DNA of 64,000 nucleotides from Candidatus Falkowbacteria bacterium RIFOXYC2_FULL_36_12. GTDB lineage: Bacteria > Patescibacteriota > Patescibacteriia > UBA11705. The notes under the pieces are model-generated. The model ran no database searches and was not told the origin of the DNA. It worked only from the letters and a program-made list of their open reading frames with translations. Position numbers and translations under genes: made by a program. The stretch covers positions 165,605 to 229,604 of the forward strand of contig MFGJ01000001.1 of assembly GCA_001778235.1 (NCBI GenBank), in the 5' to 3' direction. Position 1 is the stretch's first letter, and every line of letters begins with the position of its first letter. This document shows, one piece after another, positions 40,536-50,983 of the stretch.

Positions 40536-40633
40536 TAATCATGGTTTGTATTGGTGAGTTTTTATTTGTGAAATTAAGCATGAGTAACAAATTATTAAAA
40601 AGAAAAACACTATCGATCAATAGTGTTTTTCTT

Positions 40634-40669
40634 TGGAGCTCCATAGTGTGGGATGTTAGAACTTGTTTT
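40634..40669. mobile_element. att-like site 1 of the tRNA-Gly module array
   Basis: TGGAGC-TCCATAGTGTGGGATGTTAGAACTTGTTTT directly after a bidirectional terminator. Confidence 0.75.
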
Positions 40670-40722
40670 TTATAGATATAATGAGATATACTATTAATAT
40701 TGATTATTAAGATATATTTATT

Positions 40723-41034
40723 ATGTCACAAGACAAAATGCCGAGCTCAGGTGAGCCACAAGTGGGGGAGAGTCAAGAAAAAATGAAATTTGAAGTAGAA
40801 ATTGAATTTGGCTATGATGATTATAGGGAATTTAAGGACGAAGGTTTTTTAGGAGATGTCAAACGTAAAACGTATGTTGTTGAAGCAGTAAGTGAATTAG
40901 AAGCAAAAAAAGAAGCGTATAAGGTTGCAGAAAAGGATATGCCTGATGATTCAGGATTAAGAGATTCTGGTGTTATGTCACCGGCGGTATATCGTAATAT
41001 GGAAATTAAAACGATTAAAAAAATTGAAGGTTAG
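40723..41034 (+). CDS. hypothetical protein, cargo of module A
   Basis: 103 aa, acidic. Confidence 0.65.
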   Translation: MSQDKMPSSGEPQVGESQEKMKFEVEIEFGYDDYREFKDEGFLGDVKRKTYVVEAVSELEAKKEAYKVAEKDMPDDSGLRDSGVMSPAVYRNMEIKTIKKIEG

Positions 41035-41149
41035 TATTTATAAAAGTGAAGATATTCAGATCTTCATTTTTTTATTAGTGTAAGGTTCTAACTTCGTGTA
41101 TTAATGAGAAATTGAATAACAAAAAACAGCTAAAATAGCTGTTCTTTGC

Positions 41150-41185
41150 TGGAGCTCCATAGTGGGGGATGTTAGAACTTGTTTT
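41150..41185. mobile_element. att-like site 2 of the tRNA-Gly module array
   Basis: TGGAGC-TCCATAGTGGGGGATGTTAGAACTTGTTTT after a terminator; inverted arm GTTCTAACTTC at 41085. Confidence 0.75.
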
Positions 41186-41358
41186 GTTGGGTAGTTGACA
41201 GAATATTTTTTTTGTTATAATATGGTATGAGATATAAATAAGCTTAGTTTTTATTGTTGGTGAATGTCAGTTATAGAAAAATGATTCGCCAACAAATCAA
41301 GAGGTAGCCAATAAGTCTACGATCACGCCTGAATAAAATTCAGGCAAGGAGGAAAGAC

Positions 41359-41550
41359 ATGAAGAAGGCTGAATCGAGTTATTTAGTCAGAGTTGGTAGC
41401 TTCTATTATCGAGTTTTTTATCAGGGAGCCGGTATTTACTCTGTCGTTGATGTTCGTGGGGACTGCTGTCAAAGTAATCGAGGTGAGGCGCCCGAAGATT
41501 TTGTAGCTCGTTGTCTAGCTCAGGGTGATTTTATTGCACCAGAACGATAA
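41359..41550 (+). CDS. small hypothetical protein, cargo of module B
   Basis: AAGGAGG SD; TTGACA promoter at 41195. Confidence 0.6.
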   Translation: MKKAESSYLVRVGSFYYRVFYQGAGIYSVVDVRGDCCQSNRGEAPEDFVARCLAQGDFIAPER

Positions 41551-41758
41551 AACATTTTTGAGAGCAAGTTTTTCTTTCGAGAAAATATGGAAATCCGTTT
41601 TTTTGGAACAAAATTATACTAAAGTAAAATTAATGGTAAAGATTAGCTTTGACAGAATGTTAAGGGTTTTTTATTTAAAAAGTTCTATTATCCTATGGGG
41701 TCAAGAAAATTTAAAAGAAAAAACCGCTAATATAAGTAAATAAATTAGTGGTCTTTTC

Positions 41759-41794
41759 TGGAGCTCCATAGTATGGGAAGTTAGAACTTGTTTT
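41759..41794. mobile_element. att-like site 3 of the tRNA-Gly module array
   Basis: TGGAGC-TCCATAGTATGGGAAGTTAGAACTTGTTTT; block 41681-41764 near-identical to 42266-42349. Confidence 0.8.
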
Positions 41795-41900
41795 GTTGGG
41801 TAGTTGACAAAAGATATAATGGGAGTTAAAATAATATATTCAAATATAATTGTTCTTTTAATATATAAAATAACCCTACCAGAGGAAAGGGGAGGTGACT

Positions 41901-42218
41901 ATGGCTGGAAAGAGAAGGAAATATTCTGTAGTGAAATTTGTCGAAAAAGTTGTTCTTCCTATTATGAAAGAATTTGAAAGAAGGTATAGATATAAGCCCA
42001 CTCTTCCTGTAATTGAATTAAAAATAACTACGCATAATAAAAGAGAATGTGTTAGGTTAGAGATGCTTTATGGAAATGAACCTGCTCGGAATACTCATAT
42101 GTTAGATTTAGGATGGGTTCGGCATATCGGTGATGATGATCATTTCCATAAATGTGAATTTGCTTCTATGTGCACCTGTTCTAAGGCTGAAATAGAAGAA
42201 AATACAATAAAAATTTGA
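41901..42218 (+). CDS. hypothetical protein with His/Cys-rich C-terminus, cargo of module C
   Basis: GGAGG SD; TTGACA-17-TAAAAT promoter at 41804-41832. Confidence 0.6.
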   Translation: MAGKRRKYSVVKFVEKVVLPIMKEFERRYRYKPTLPVIELKITTHNKRECVRLEMLYGNEPARNTHMLDLGWVRHIGDDDHFHKCEFASMCTCSKAEIEENTIKI

Positions 42219-42343
42219 TTTTTATTATAATCATGATAAAACAGTCATGATTTTTTGTTTGGAAAAGTTCTATTTTTGTATGGGGTCAAGAAAATTTAAA
42301 AGAAAAAACCGCTAATATAAGTAAATAAATTAGTGGTCTTTTC

Positions 42344-42419
42344 TGGAGCGGGTAGAGGGAATCGAACCCTCATCTCTAGCTTGGAAGGCTAGCATAATAA
42401 GCCATTATACTATACCCGC
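42344..42419 (-). tRNA. tRNA-Gly(TCC)
   Basis: cloverleaf; anticodon loop CTTCCAA; encoded CCA. Confidence 0.95.
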
Positions 42420-42503
42420 CTACGCTCTTGTTGCACAGAGCTTCGGCGGGTAAACCCGCCATAGGCTATTGATTATTTTGGCGGTAAACCCGCCATAGAT
42501 GAT

Positions 42504-42763
42504 TTAGATTAATCTTTTGTTGATAAAGGCTCTTTCCTGATCCAAATTTTAAGTATGTCTCAAACGCTAGAGCCTTACTTTTGTTTTCAAAAGCACAGTA
42601 AAATATGATTTTCCAAGGTTTATATTTTTGGGTGTGCTCGGATAAACCTAGATTGTGTTCAAGTAATCTATCATCTGGGGTTTATTGTATATCCTTTATA
42701 AAGTTCATTATCCTTACTTAAACTTTTTGCAATATAAACAAAGTGTTTTATGTTTGCTGGCAT
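42504..42763 (-). pseudogene. GIY-YIG nuclease pseudogene with two frameshifts
   Basis: FVYIAKS..LYKGYT / RLLEHN.G.S.HT.KYKPW.I.FY.AF....A..FE.YLK.GSG / RAFINKRLI across three frames. Confidence 0.8.
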
Positions 42764-42832
42764 ATAAGTTAAGAATTCCAATCTTCGACAAATTTTCTAA
42801 CTGGCCGTGCCAGCCGAAGCCTTGGCGAAGGC

Positions 42833-42995
42833 TGGTCGGGGAGGTGGGACTCGGCTTCGACTCTCGCCTCGTTCCCTCGGCTCGGTCTAGCCACCGCCTC
42901 GCGGTCTCGTTCGCCATATTGCTCACTCGACAACGCTCCAGCGTTCTCGTCCCAACGCGAGCAAATCAATTTGCTCGCTCCTCTGATATAAAAAT
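42833..42995 (-). repeat. tRNA-Pro-linked GC-rich element ending in a duplicated tRNA 3' end
   Basis: 21-bp TGGTCGGGGAGGTGGGACTCG at 42833-42853 is identical to 42996-43016. Confidence 0.8.
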
Positions 42996-43072
42996 TGGTC
43001 GGGGAGGTGGGACTCGAACCCACGACCTCATGGTCCCAAACCACGCGCGCTAGCCAACTGCGCTACACCCCG
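42996..43072 (-). tRNA. tRNA-Pro(TGG)
   Basis: cloverleaf; anticodon loop TTTGGGA; CCA. Confidence 0.95.
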
Positions 43073-43184
43073 AAGTATGTGCTCCGCACAACTTCGGGGC
43101 AAACCCCTCGAAAAATTGTACGAAGTAATTGATAAGTTTATTTATTTTAATGTGAATTGTGTTTTCGAAGCAACCTCTAATTCA

Positions 43185-43259
43185 TGGTGCCGAGGGGCAG
43201 AATTGAACTGCCGACACGAGGATTTTCAGTCCACTGCTCTACCACTGAGCTACCTCGGC
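43185..43259 (-). tRNA. tRNA-Phe(GAA)
   Basis: cloverleaf; loop CTGAAAA; CCA. Confidence 0.95.
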
Positions 43260-43323
43260 ATGAGAAATTTCTACTTTATAAATTATTAATCTTTTAAGTT
43301 TATTGCCTCTCGATAAACTCGAG

Positions 43324-43400
43324 TGGTGGGCGTGACAGGAGTCGAACCTGTGACCTCAACATTATCAGTGTTGCGCTCTAACCAACTGAGCTACACGCCC
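43324..43400 (-). tRNA. tRNA-Ile(GAT)
   Basis: cloverleaf; loop CTGATAA; CCA. Confidence 0.95.
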
Positions 43401-43486
43401 GTCTTCGCTCTAACGAACTTCGACGGGCAAGCCCAATTTAAAAAATGGCCTGCCAGACGAAGCTCCATGAAATTAGGATCGTAGTC

Positions 43487-43563
43487 TGGTGGGTGCTGAA
43501 GGATTCGAACCCTCGACCCCTTCGGTGTAAACGAAGTGCTCTAACCAGCTGAGCTAAGCACCC
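43487..43563 (-). tRNA. tRNA-Val(TAC)
   Basis: cloverleaf; loop TTTACAC; CCA. Confidence 0.95.
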
Positions 43564-43929
43564 TAAATATTATAAATGATTAGCGAAGCTGCCAGCCTAA
43601 GCCAGCTGCTTGTCCGCCGAAGTCAAAAGACGAAGGCGGGAGCTAAGCACCCTTGAAAAGCGAGTTCAGCAAGACAAGAGGAAAAGCAAGTAATGCGGAA
43701 AACGATTTATACTCAAAAAGTATGACCCAATTATAATATGATTTTTAAAAAAAGTCAATAAGAAGATTGCGATTTATTCAAAATATTTTTAAACAAAAAA
43801 ATTGATGTTCGACATCAATTTTTTTGATGATTTTGATAGCAATTTTGCGACAGGAACTACGTACTCGAATCATATCGATTCAAGTTCGACTGAATCTAAT
43901 GGCGTGAACCATTGATTCTAATCTCCCTA

Positions 43930-45425
<1,496 letters not shown>

Positions 45426-45535
45426 AGAGTTTATAGCTCTATTAAATTGTCCATTTTGAAAGGTTGGACTAACCTAAAATTTTGAAATTAACGAGTTCCT
45501 GTCACAAAATTGCTGTCAAAGTTCATGTGGTCATC

Positions 45536-45564
45536 ATTATAATGTATTTTAAAAAGAATGTCAA
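45536..45564 (-). promoter_or_regulatory. 16S promoter
   Basis: TTGACA-17 nt-TATAAT on the minus strand, followed by boxA-like TGAACTTTGACA. Confidence 0.8.
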
Positions 45565-45941
45565 ATCTTTTGCCTTAATTTAGAGGGATTTTTATACACA
45601 GTAAAATATTGGGCTAAAATTAGTATAAAATAGCAATGTGTTTATACTAAATTAGATAAAATATGATATAGTTTTTGTTGAATAAATATGCATGAAATTA
45701 AACCATTATTACAACGCGCTGAAGATGTACTAGATAAGCCTGATAAATTAACTTAAGTCTTGAATATTATGGAAAAAAAGTATTGGACGAAAGGGGTCTT
45801 ATTTACAAACAATTGAAGTGATTATTGAAGGCGTATTATATGTTTTTGCTTGGAACGAATTTTTTCAAGAAATAGTGTGTGAATTGGATCATGAAAATCA
45901 AATATAGCATAATTTAAAAAACAGTCTGATTTCAGGCTGTT

Positions 45942-46424
45942 TTATGTTTTGTTTGGTTGTTGATAGGTAGATGGTTTAAGATCTTCTTTTATCGGATGAA
46001 GAATCCATGCCCGGTCGATGGTTAATAGAATAACGAAAATACCAGAGTATAGCGCAATGATGAGAGCGACCATTGACCATTCGGCTGAAGACATGTTCGT
46101 TATGATTGTTGACGGTGGGTAAATTTTGGACAGCAGATATGGGAGGCTGAAATAAATGAGATTGATCAACAGAAGAATTATACTGCGGATTTTCCATTGT
46201 CGTTTAGTGTAAGAGGTTTTTCCCATTTTGAATAACCACAATCCTAGAAAGACAATCACGGCAACTTCAACTAAAATAATTGGTAGGACTGAAAGAAATG
46301 CTTCAAGAGAAAAATTGGGAAGAAAAATGGTGATAGCGACATAAAAGCAAAGAGTAATGGTGATGGTAAGTGTCCCCAGAATACAAATTCGGCTAATAGT
46401 TTTGCTTGTTTTCGGTTGAGTCAT
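45942..46424 (-). CDS. membrane protein (4 TM)
   Basis: hydrophobic ORF; GGAG SD. Confidence 0.6.
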   Translation of the reverse strand: MTQPKTSKTISRICILGTLTITITLCFYVAITIFLPNFSLEAFLSVLPIILVEVAVIVFLGLWLFKMGKTSYTKRQWKIRSIILLLINLIYFSLPYLLSKIYPPSTIITNMSSAEWSMVALIIALYSGIFVILLTIDRAWILHPIKEDLKPSTYQQPNKT

Positions 46425-46486
46425 TGTTTTCTCCGGTCTTGTCGGTTGGTTGTTTGCAAAGTGTAATTTATTTCAGTTGTACGGTT

Positions 46487-46729
46487 TTAAGTGACAAGTT
46501 TATTTTTTACTTCAGAGGTGATGGTTATTAGAATTAAAACTGTCGCAATAAGTCCATAATAAAACAAGAGTATATAAGATTTATCAATTCCGATCAGCTG
46601 AACGAGAAAGTAGGTGATGTCATCAATGAATAATGCCCAGATAAAGGTAAAAGCGCATTGAATAATTAATAACAGCCATAGAAAAATTTCGAATTTATTT
46701 AGGATTGAGCTGTATTTAATTTTTTTCAT
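46487..46729 (-). CDS. small membrane protein
   Basis: 2 TM; GGAG SD; overlaps the upstream gene. Confidence 0.55.
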   Translation of the reverse strand: MKKIKYSSILNKFEIFLWLLLIIQCAFTFIWALFIDDITYFLVQLIGIDKSYILLFYYGLIATVLILITITSEVKNKLVT

Positions 46730-47009
46730 TTTGTTTTCTCCTGTTTTTTATGGTGAGGTAGTTCACGCTGGGGACATAGTCGAGAATTGAGCATAATGAG
46801 TAAAGGACTATAAATATAGTCATGCTGGAAAGACAGAATATTGTTGTTAAATGACTGAAGTTGATTCCCAGTGGTTGAAAAAGATTTGGAAAAAAGTCAG
46901 GAGAGTAATCGTTGATAATAAAACCAGAAACAATCACAAGATATATTGATACAAAAAAAACTCTGGTGATGGTATCAATTATATTTTTAGCATTCAGTAG
47001 TTTGTTCAT
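46716..47009 (-). CDS. small membrane protein
   Basis: 2 TM; GAGGT SD. Confidence 0.55.
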   Translation of the reverse strand: MNKLLNAKNIIDTITRVFFVSIYLVIVSGFIINDYSPDFFPNLFQPLGINFSHLTTIFCLSSMTIFIVLYSLCSILDYVPSVNYLTIKNRRKQNEKN

Positions 47010-47059
47010 TGTTACCTCTGTTTGTTGTCAAAGGGCAATAAGATGGGACAAAGAAATTG

Positions 47060-47722
47060 TTATTTTTTTGTCAGATTACTTGATTGATGTTTTCGCCATT
47101 TTTCGATTTCAGCATGATGTCCAGAAAGCAGAATTTCAGGAACTTTGTATTGCTTTTTTTTGTACTTAAAAATTTCTGGTCGAGTATATTGCGGATATTC
47201 CAGGTAACCGGTAGTTGAATGAGATTCGTCGATAAATGATTGCTCTTTGCCGAGAACTCCTGGTATTAATCTGGAAATAGAATCCATTATAACTAAAGCG
47301 CCAAGATCTCCACCTGTTAGAACATAATCACCGATTGAAATTTCATCATCAATAAATTGTTTCACTCGTTCATCAACTCCTTCATATCTTGGGCAGACAA
47401 AAATAATTTGGTCAAGTTTGGAATATTTTTTTGCGAGTGATTGATTCCAAGTTTTTCCTTTAGCTGAAAGTAAAACAATTTTTGAGTTTTTTTTGCGACG
47501 GATTTTAGCAAGAGTTTTTACAATTGGTTCTACACGGAAAACTTGTCCGACTCCTCCACCGAATGGAGGACTGTCAACTGTACCATGTTTGTCGACGGCT
47601 TGAGCGCGAAGGTCGTGATATTTTATATTGATGAGTTTTTTTTCTTGGGCAATGCGAAGCATGCCTTTGTCGGTGTAGGATTTTAGCATGTCGGGGAAAA
47701 TTGTAAGTAGATGAAAATTCAT
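47060..47722 (-). CDS. trmD: tRNA (guanine-N1)-methyltransferase
   Basis: LTIFP, PFGGG.G, RYEGVDER, SIGDYVLTGG, LEYPQYTRP, LLSGHH. Confidence 0.95.
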   Translation of the reverse strand: MNFHLLTIFPDMLKSYTDKGMLRIAQEKKLINIKYHDLRAQAVDKHGTVDSPPFGGGVGQVFRVEPIVKTLAKIRRKKNSKIVLLSAKGKTWNQSLAKKYSKLDQIIFVCPRYEGVDERVKQFIDDEISIGDYVLTGGDLGALVIMDSISRLIPGVLGKEQSFIDESHSTTGYLEYPQYTRPEIFKYKKKQYKVPEILLSGHHAEIEKWRKHQSSNLTKK

Positions 47723-47929
47723 AATAAGATTAAAGTTGTAAGTTGTAATGTGAAAGTTGTCTTTGCTTGTATTATAGGGGAGAATAAAGGAAATTTCAAT
47801 GAGGGGGTTTAATTTCTGGTTACAATTAATATTTGCGAATTGAAAATAAATATTTAGAAAGTTTATTACATTTGCTAGCGTAAGTTTTTTGAGAATAAGT
47901 GATTGATTTCGCTTTGCGATTTCTTTTGA

Positions 47930-48555
47930 CGCCCTGCCTACCCTGCCTACCGGCAGGCAGGCGGCAGGCAGGCAAAAGAAACAGAAGCGCTGGGGTTTTC
48001 TAATTGAATGCCTTTAAATACCCTTTTGTGCGCTCATGACAGCAACGAAAACCCCAGACCTGCCTTCATCAAGATTACGGCAGGCAAGCCCCGATGTTAA
48101 TCATGTAAAAATAAAGTAAGTGGTTGATGTTGCTAAAGCAAGCCCTTTTTGACAGCAAAAAGGGCAAACCGCCTACACTAAAGTTTCGGCGGTCAAGAAA
48201 CTGCTGGGGGGATTCAATGCGAATTGCATGGCAAACAAGTTCTCTGTAGGAAAAGTTTAGAGTGAGAAGTGAGAGTTGATTGATTATACCCTGAAATCCA
48301 TCTTCGTTAAAACTTCGATGGACAAGTAAATTCAGGGTGACAAGTGAGAGTGTTGGTGGCACGCACATGACCACCCCAGACCTGCCTTCATCAAGATTAC
48401 GGCAGGCAAGCCCCCGTGATGTTCATGTTCGATGCTTTAAATATATAGCCTTGGTGGTGTTGTTCATGGCAAAACAAACCCCAAACCTGCCTTCATCAAG
48501 ATTACGGCAGGCAAGCCCCGAGGTTGGTCATGTTCGTGGGGTTGAATATTTAAAG
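47930..48555. repeat. REP/mini-hairpin mosaic between khpA and trmD
   Basis: three copies of CCTGCCTTCATCAAGATTACGGCAGGCAAG; nested CCTGCCTACCGGCAGGCAGG; REP with hairpin insert. Confidence 0.85.
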
Positions 48556-48637
48556 TAAGTGATAGTATTAATTGTGTTTAAAACAGAAAAATCGCAGTAA
48601 TGCGATTTTTCTGATCTATTTGAAATTGATTGAAGTT

Positions 48638-48958
48638 TTAGATTTTCAAATCATCAACTACATCAGTATCAACGCTTTGAGCTTCAGCTCTTGGTCCTCT
48701 TGTTGATCCTTCTGGTTCAACAATCTTTAGATTGACACGAGCTTGGTTCTTAGCACCGATAATCTTTAGCAAAGTTCTAACAGCTTTAGCTGTTTGACCT
48801 TGGCGACCGATTACATTACCCATGTCTTCTTGGTTGATGTATAGAGATAAAAGTACTCCCATTTCATCAACTGTTCTTTCGATTCTTACATCATCTGGGT
48901 TGTTTACAATCCCTTTGATGATAAATTCCAAGAAAGCTTGGTCTTTTTCTGTTGCCAT
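48638..48958 (-). CDS. khpA: KH-domain RNA-binding protein KhpA
   Basis: DMGNVIGRQGQTAKAVRTLL; position downstream of rpsP. Confidence 0.9.
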   Translation of the reverse strand: MATEKDQAFLEFIIKGIVNNPDDVRIERTVDEMGVLLSLYINQEDMGNVIGRQGQTAKAVRTLLKIIGAKNQARVNLKIVEPEGSTRGPRAEAQSVDTDVVDDLKI

Positions 48959-49126
48959 AGTGTTCTGAATTACTTACTTATTAATCTTTAATTATCCCTG
49001 TCTAATGACAGGTAGTTTCAAATAATATCTAAAATGCAAGCATTTCAAATATTGTGTGAAATTCTATAAATGTATTATAGCAAAATATTTTCCGATTGTC
49101 AATGCTAGTCGTTTTTTTTGCCTAAT

Positions 49127-49624
49127 TTATTTAGTTTCTTCTGGTTTTGCTATTTCTTCTTTTACTGGTGTTTCAGTTTTTTCTTCAACTTTTTCTTCTT
49201 TTTTAATTTCTTCCTTTATTGGTTCTGTAATTGGTTCAGTTTTTTCTTGTTTCTCTTCTTCAGCGGGTTTTTGCTCTTTTTCCTGCTCCATAGCTTGTTT
49301 GGTTGCGGCTTTTTCAGCTTTTTCCTTTGTTTCTGTTTCAAGTTTACCTTGTCTTTTTTTGCTGATTGTACTGACGGATCGTTTCTTGCCAGAGATTATA
49401 TTATTGGAAATTAGCAAATTAGTGACTGTAGCTGATGGTTGAGCTCCTTGGGAAATCCAGTATTCAATACGATCTTTTTCGATAATAAGTTCATTGCTTC
49501 GAGGGTTGTATGAACCTAGAATTTCAAGGGTTTTACCCCATGGGTCTTTTTGTTTGTCCAAGGCAATAATTCGGTAATGAGGTTGCTTTTTTTTGCCTAT
49601 TCTTGAAAAGATAATTTTTACCAT
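49127..49624 (-). CDS. rpsP: 30S ribosomal protein S16 with acidic C-terminal extension
   Basis: RIGKKKQPHYRII, LGSYNP, YWISQGAQPS.TV. Confidence 0.95.
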   Translation of the reverse strand: MVKIIFSRIGKKKQPHYRIIALDKQKDPWGKTLEILGSYNPRSNELIIEKDRIEYWISQGAQPSATVTNLLISNNIISGKKRSVSTISKKRQGKLETETKEKAEKAATKQAMEQEKEQKPAEEEKQEKTEPITEPIKEEIKKEEKVEEKTETPVKEEIAKPEETK

Positions 49625-49956
49625 AGTTATTTAGTGCTATTAGCCTTTGCTATTAGCTTTGAAGTTAGTTTTTTAGAAAAATGACGGTTTGATTAGTTTT
49701 TACTAATTAACATTGAGCATGTTAGGTCTATAATAGTTTTTTTTTAGGGAAAAGTCAAGTTATTGACGGAATTTTCAGTTTTTGATAAGCTGGGGTGTTT
49801 GATAATGAGGAGTATTGACATTTTTAATAAAAAATGATATAATATAGTGTTGTAAATAAGTTACAGCATGTTATGCATGGAGATTTTTGGCTAAAATTAA
49901 CAGAATAAGATCAGTTTTTGAGAGTTTCTGTGTAGTTCTAGTCATAAAAATCTTTT

Positions 49957-50544
49957 ATGCAAAATAAGCTAAATATGAAAAGAATTGAAATTAATACGCA
50001 ATCAACTGTTCTTGAAAAAGTTGGTTTTGGTGTAATTTTAATTGCATTTCTAGCCAATATATTTTACCCTAATATAGTTTATGCTGAAGATATCAGTTCG
50101 CTTAGCACTATCCCTACCGAGCTTGCCAGTTTGACTGGTACTGATATTTTAGCTAAACGATTTGCTGAAGCAGAAAAAAAATATGTTTCAGTCACAAAAA
50201 ATGTTAGTGAAAAAAAAGTTGAGGAAATTACTTCTGAAGGGAAAGTAATGCGTGTAAGTTCAACAGCTTATTCATCTGATGTAGCTCAAACCGATGCTAC
50301 TCCATGTATTACAGCTGATGGATTTAATGTTTGTGCCAATGGTCAGGAAAATGTAGTTGCTGCTAACTTTTTGCCGTTCGGTACAAAAATTAAAATTCCA
50401 GAACTTTTCGGCGATCGTGTCTTTACTGTACACGACCGTATGAATAAACGATACTATTATAAAGTTGATATCTGGATGACTTCTCGTGACCGTGCTATTC
50501 AGTACGGTGTACGAAATATTAAGATTGTCATTCTTGATAAATAA
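49957..50544 (+). CDS. 3D-domain (MltA-like) cell-wall protein
   Basis: TAYSS...QTD.TP.ITA, AANFLPFGTK, V.DRM, VDIWM. Confidence 0.85.
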   Translation: MQNKLNMKRIEINTQSTVLEKVGFGVILIAFLANIFYPNIVYAEDISSLSTIPTELASLTGTDILAKRFAEAEKKYVSVTKNVSEKKVEEITSEGKVMRVSSTAYSSDVAQTDATPCITADGFNVCANGQENVVAANFLPFGTKIKIPELFGDRVFTVHDRMNKRYYYKVDIWMTSRDRAIQYGVRNIKIVILDK

Positions 50545-50647
50545 ACTTTTCAAAAACGAGCCTGATGGCTCGTTTTTGTTTGGTATAAGATGGAAAAATT
50601 ATAGTTCAGCTGATGGTTTGCTCCTATACTATATTTTTGGTAATTTG

Positions 50648-50983
50648 TTAGAATTTTTCAAATAGCAATAAAGTTGATAGATAACCGAAAGTGATGATTA
50701 CGAGTAATCCAGAGATTGTAATAACTACTGCTTGCATCCAAGTTGTATTTAGCTGTTTTTTAATTGGCCAGAGTAAACAAATAATTGTTGCTATCGTAGT
50801 TGAGAAGGGGAATAAATTTTTAAAGACACTTCCCAATAGTAAACCGATAAATGTAAGAAGTAATAAATGTTTATAATTTAGATTATTGCTAACGACTTTT
50901 AACTTGTTTCCAACTATCAGCATTATTGCTGGGGCAATGAATAGACTAACAAGCGGGGCCAACAACCATGTTAGTAATGTCAT
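50648..50983 (-). CDS. membrane protein (4 TM)
   Basis: hydrophobic 111-aa ORF. Confidence 0.55.
   Translation of the reverse strand: MTLLTWLLAPLVSLFIAPAIMLIVGNKLKVVSNNLNYKHLLLLTFIGLLLGSVFKNLFPFSTTIATIICLLWPIKKQLNTTWMQAVVITISGLLVIITFGYLSTLLLFEKF

Noticed and set aside
41085-41178. tRNA-Gly junctions as canonical attC sites (TTCTAAC...GTTAGAA)
   Set aside because: Core pairing is clear at only one junction and the stem is weak; the tRNA 3' end duplication explains the pattern better. Not fully excluded.
40634-41794. 30-36 bp direct repeats as a CRISPR array
   Set aside because: Intervals are over 500 bp and contain promoters, genes and terminators.
45688-45910. degenerate small ORF upstream of the 16S promoter
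   Set aside because: Interrupted by stops and no family is recognisable.
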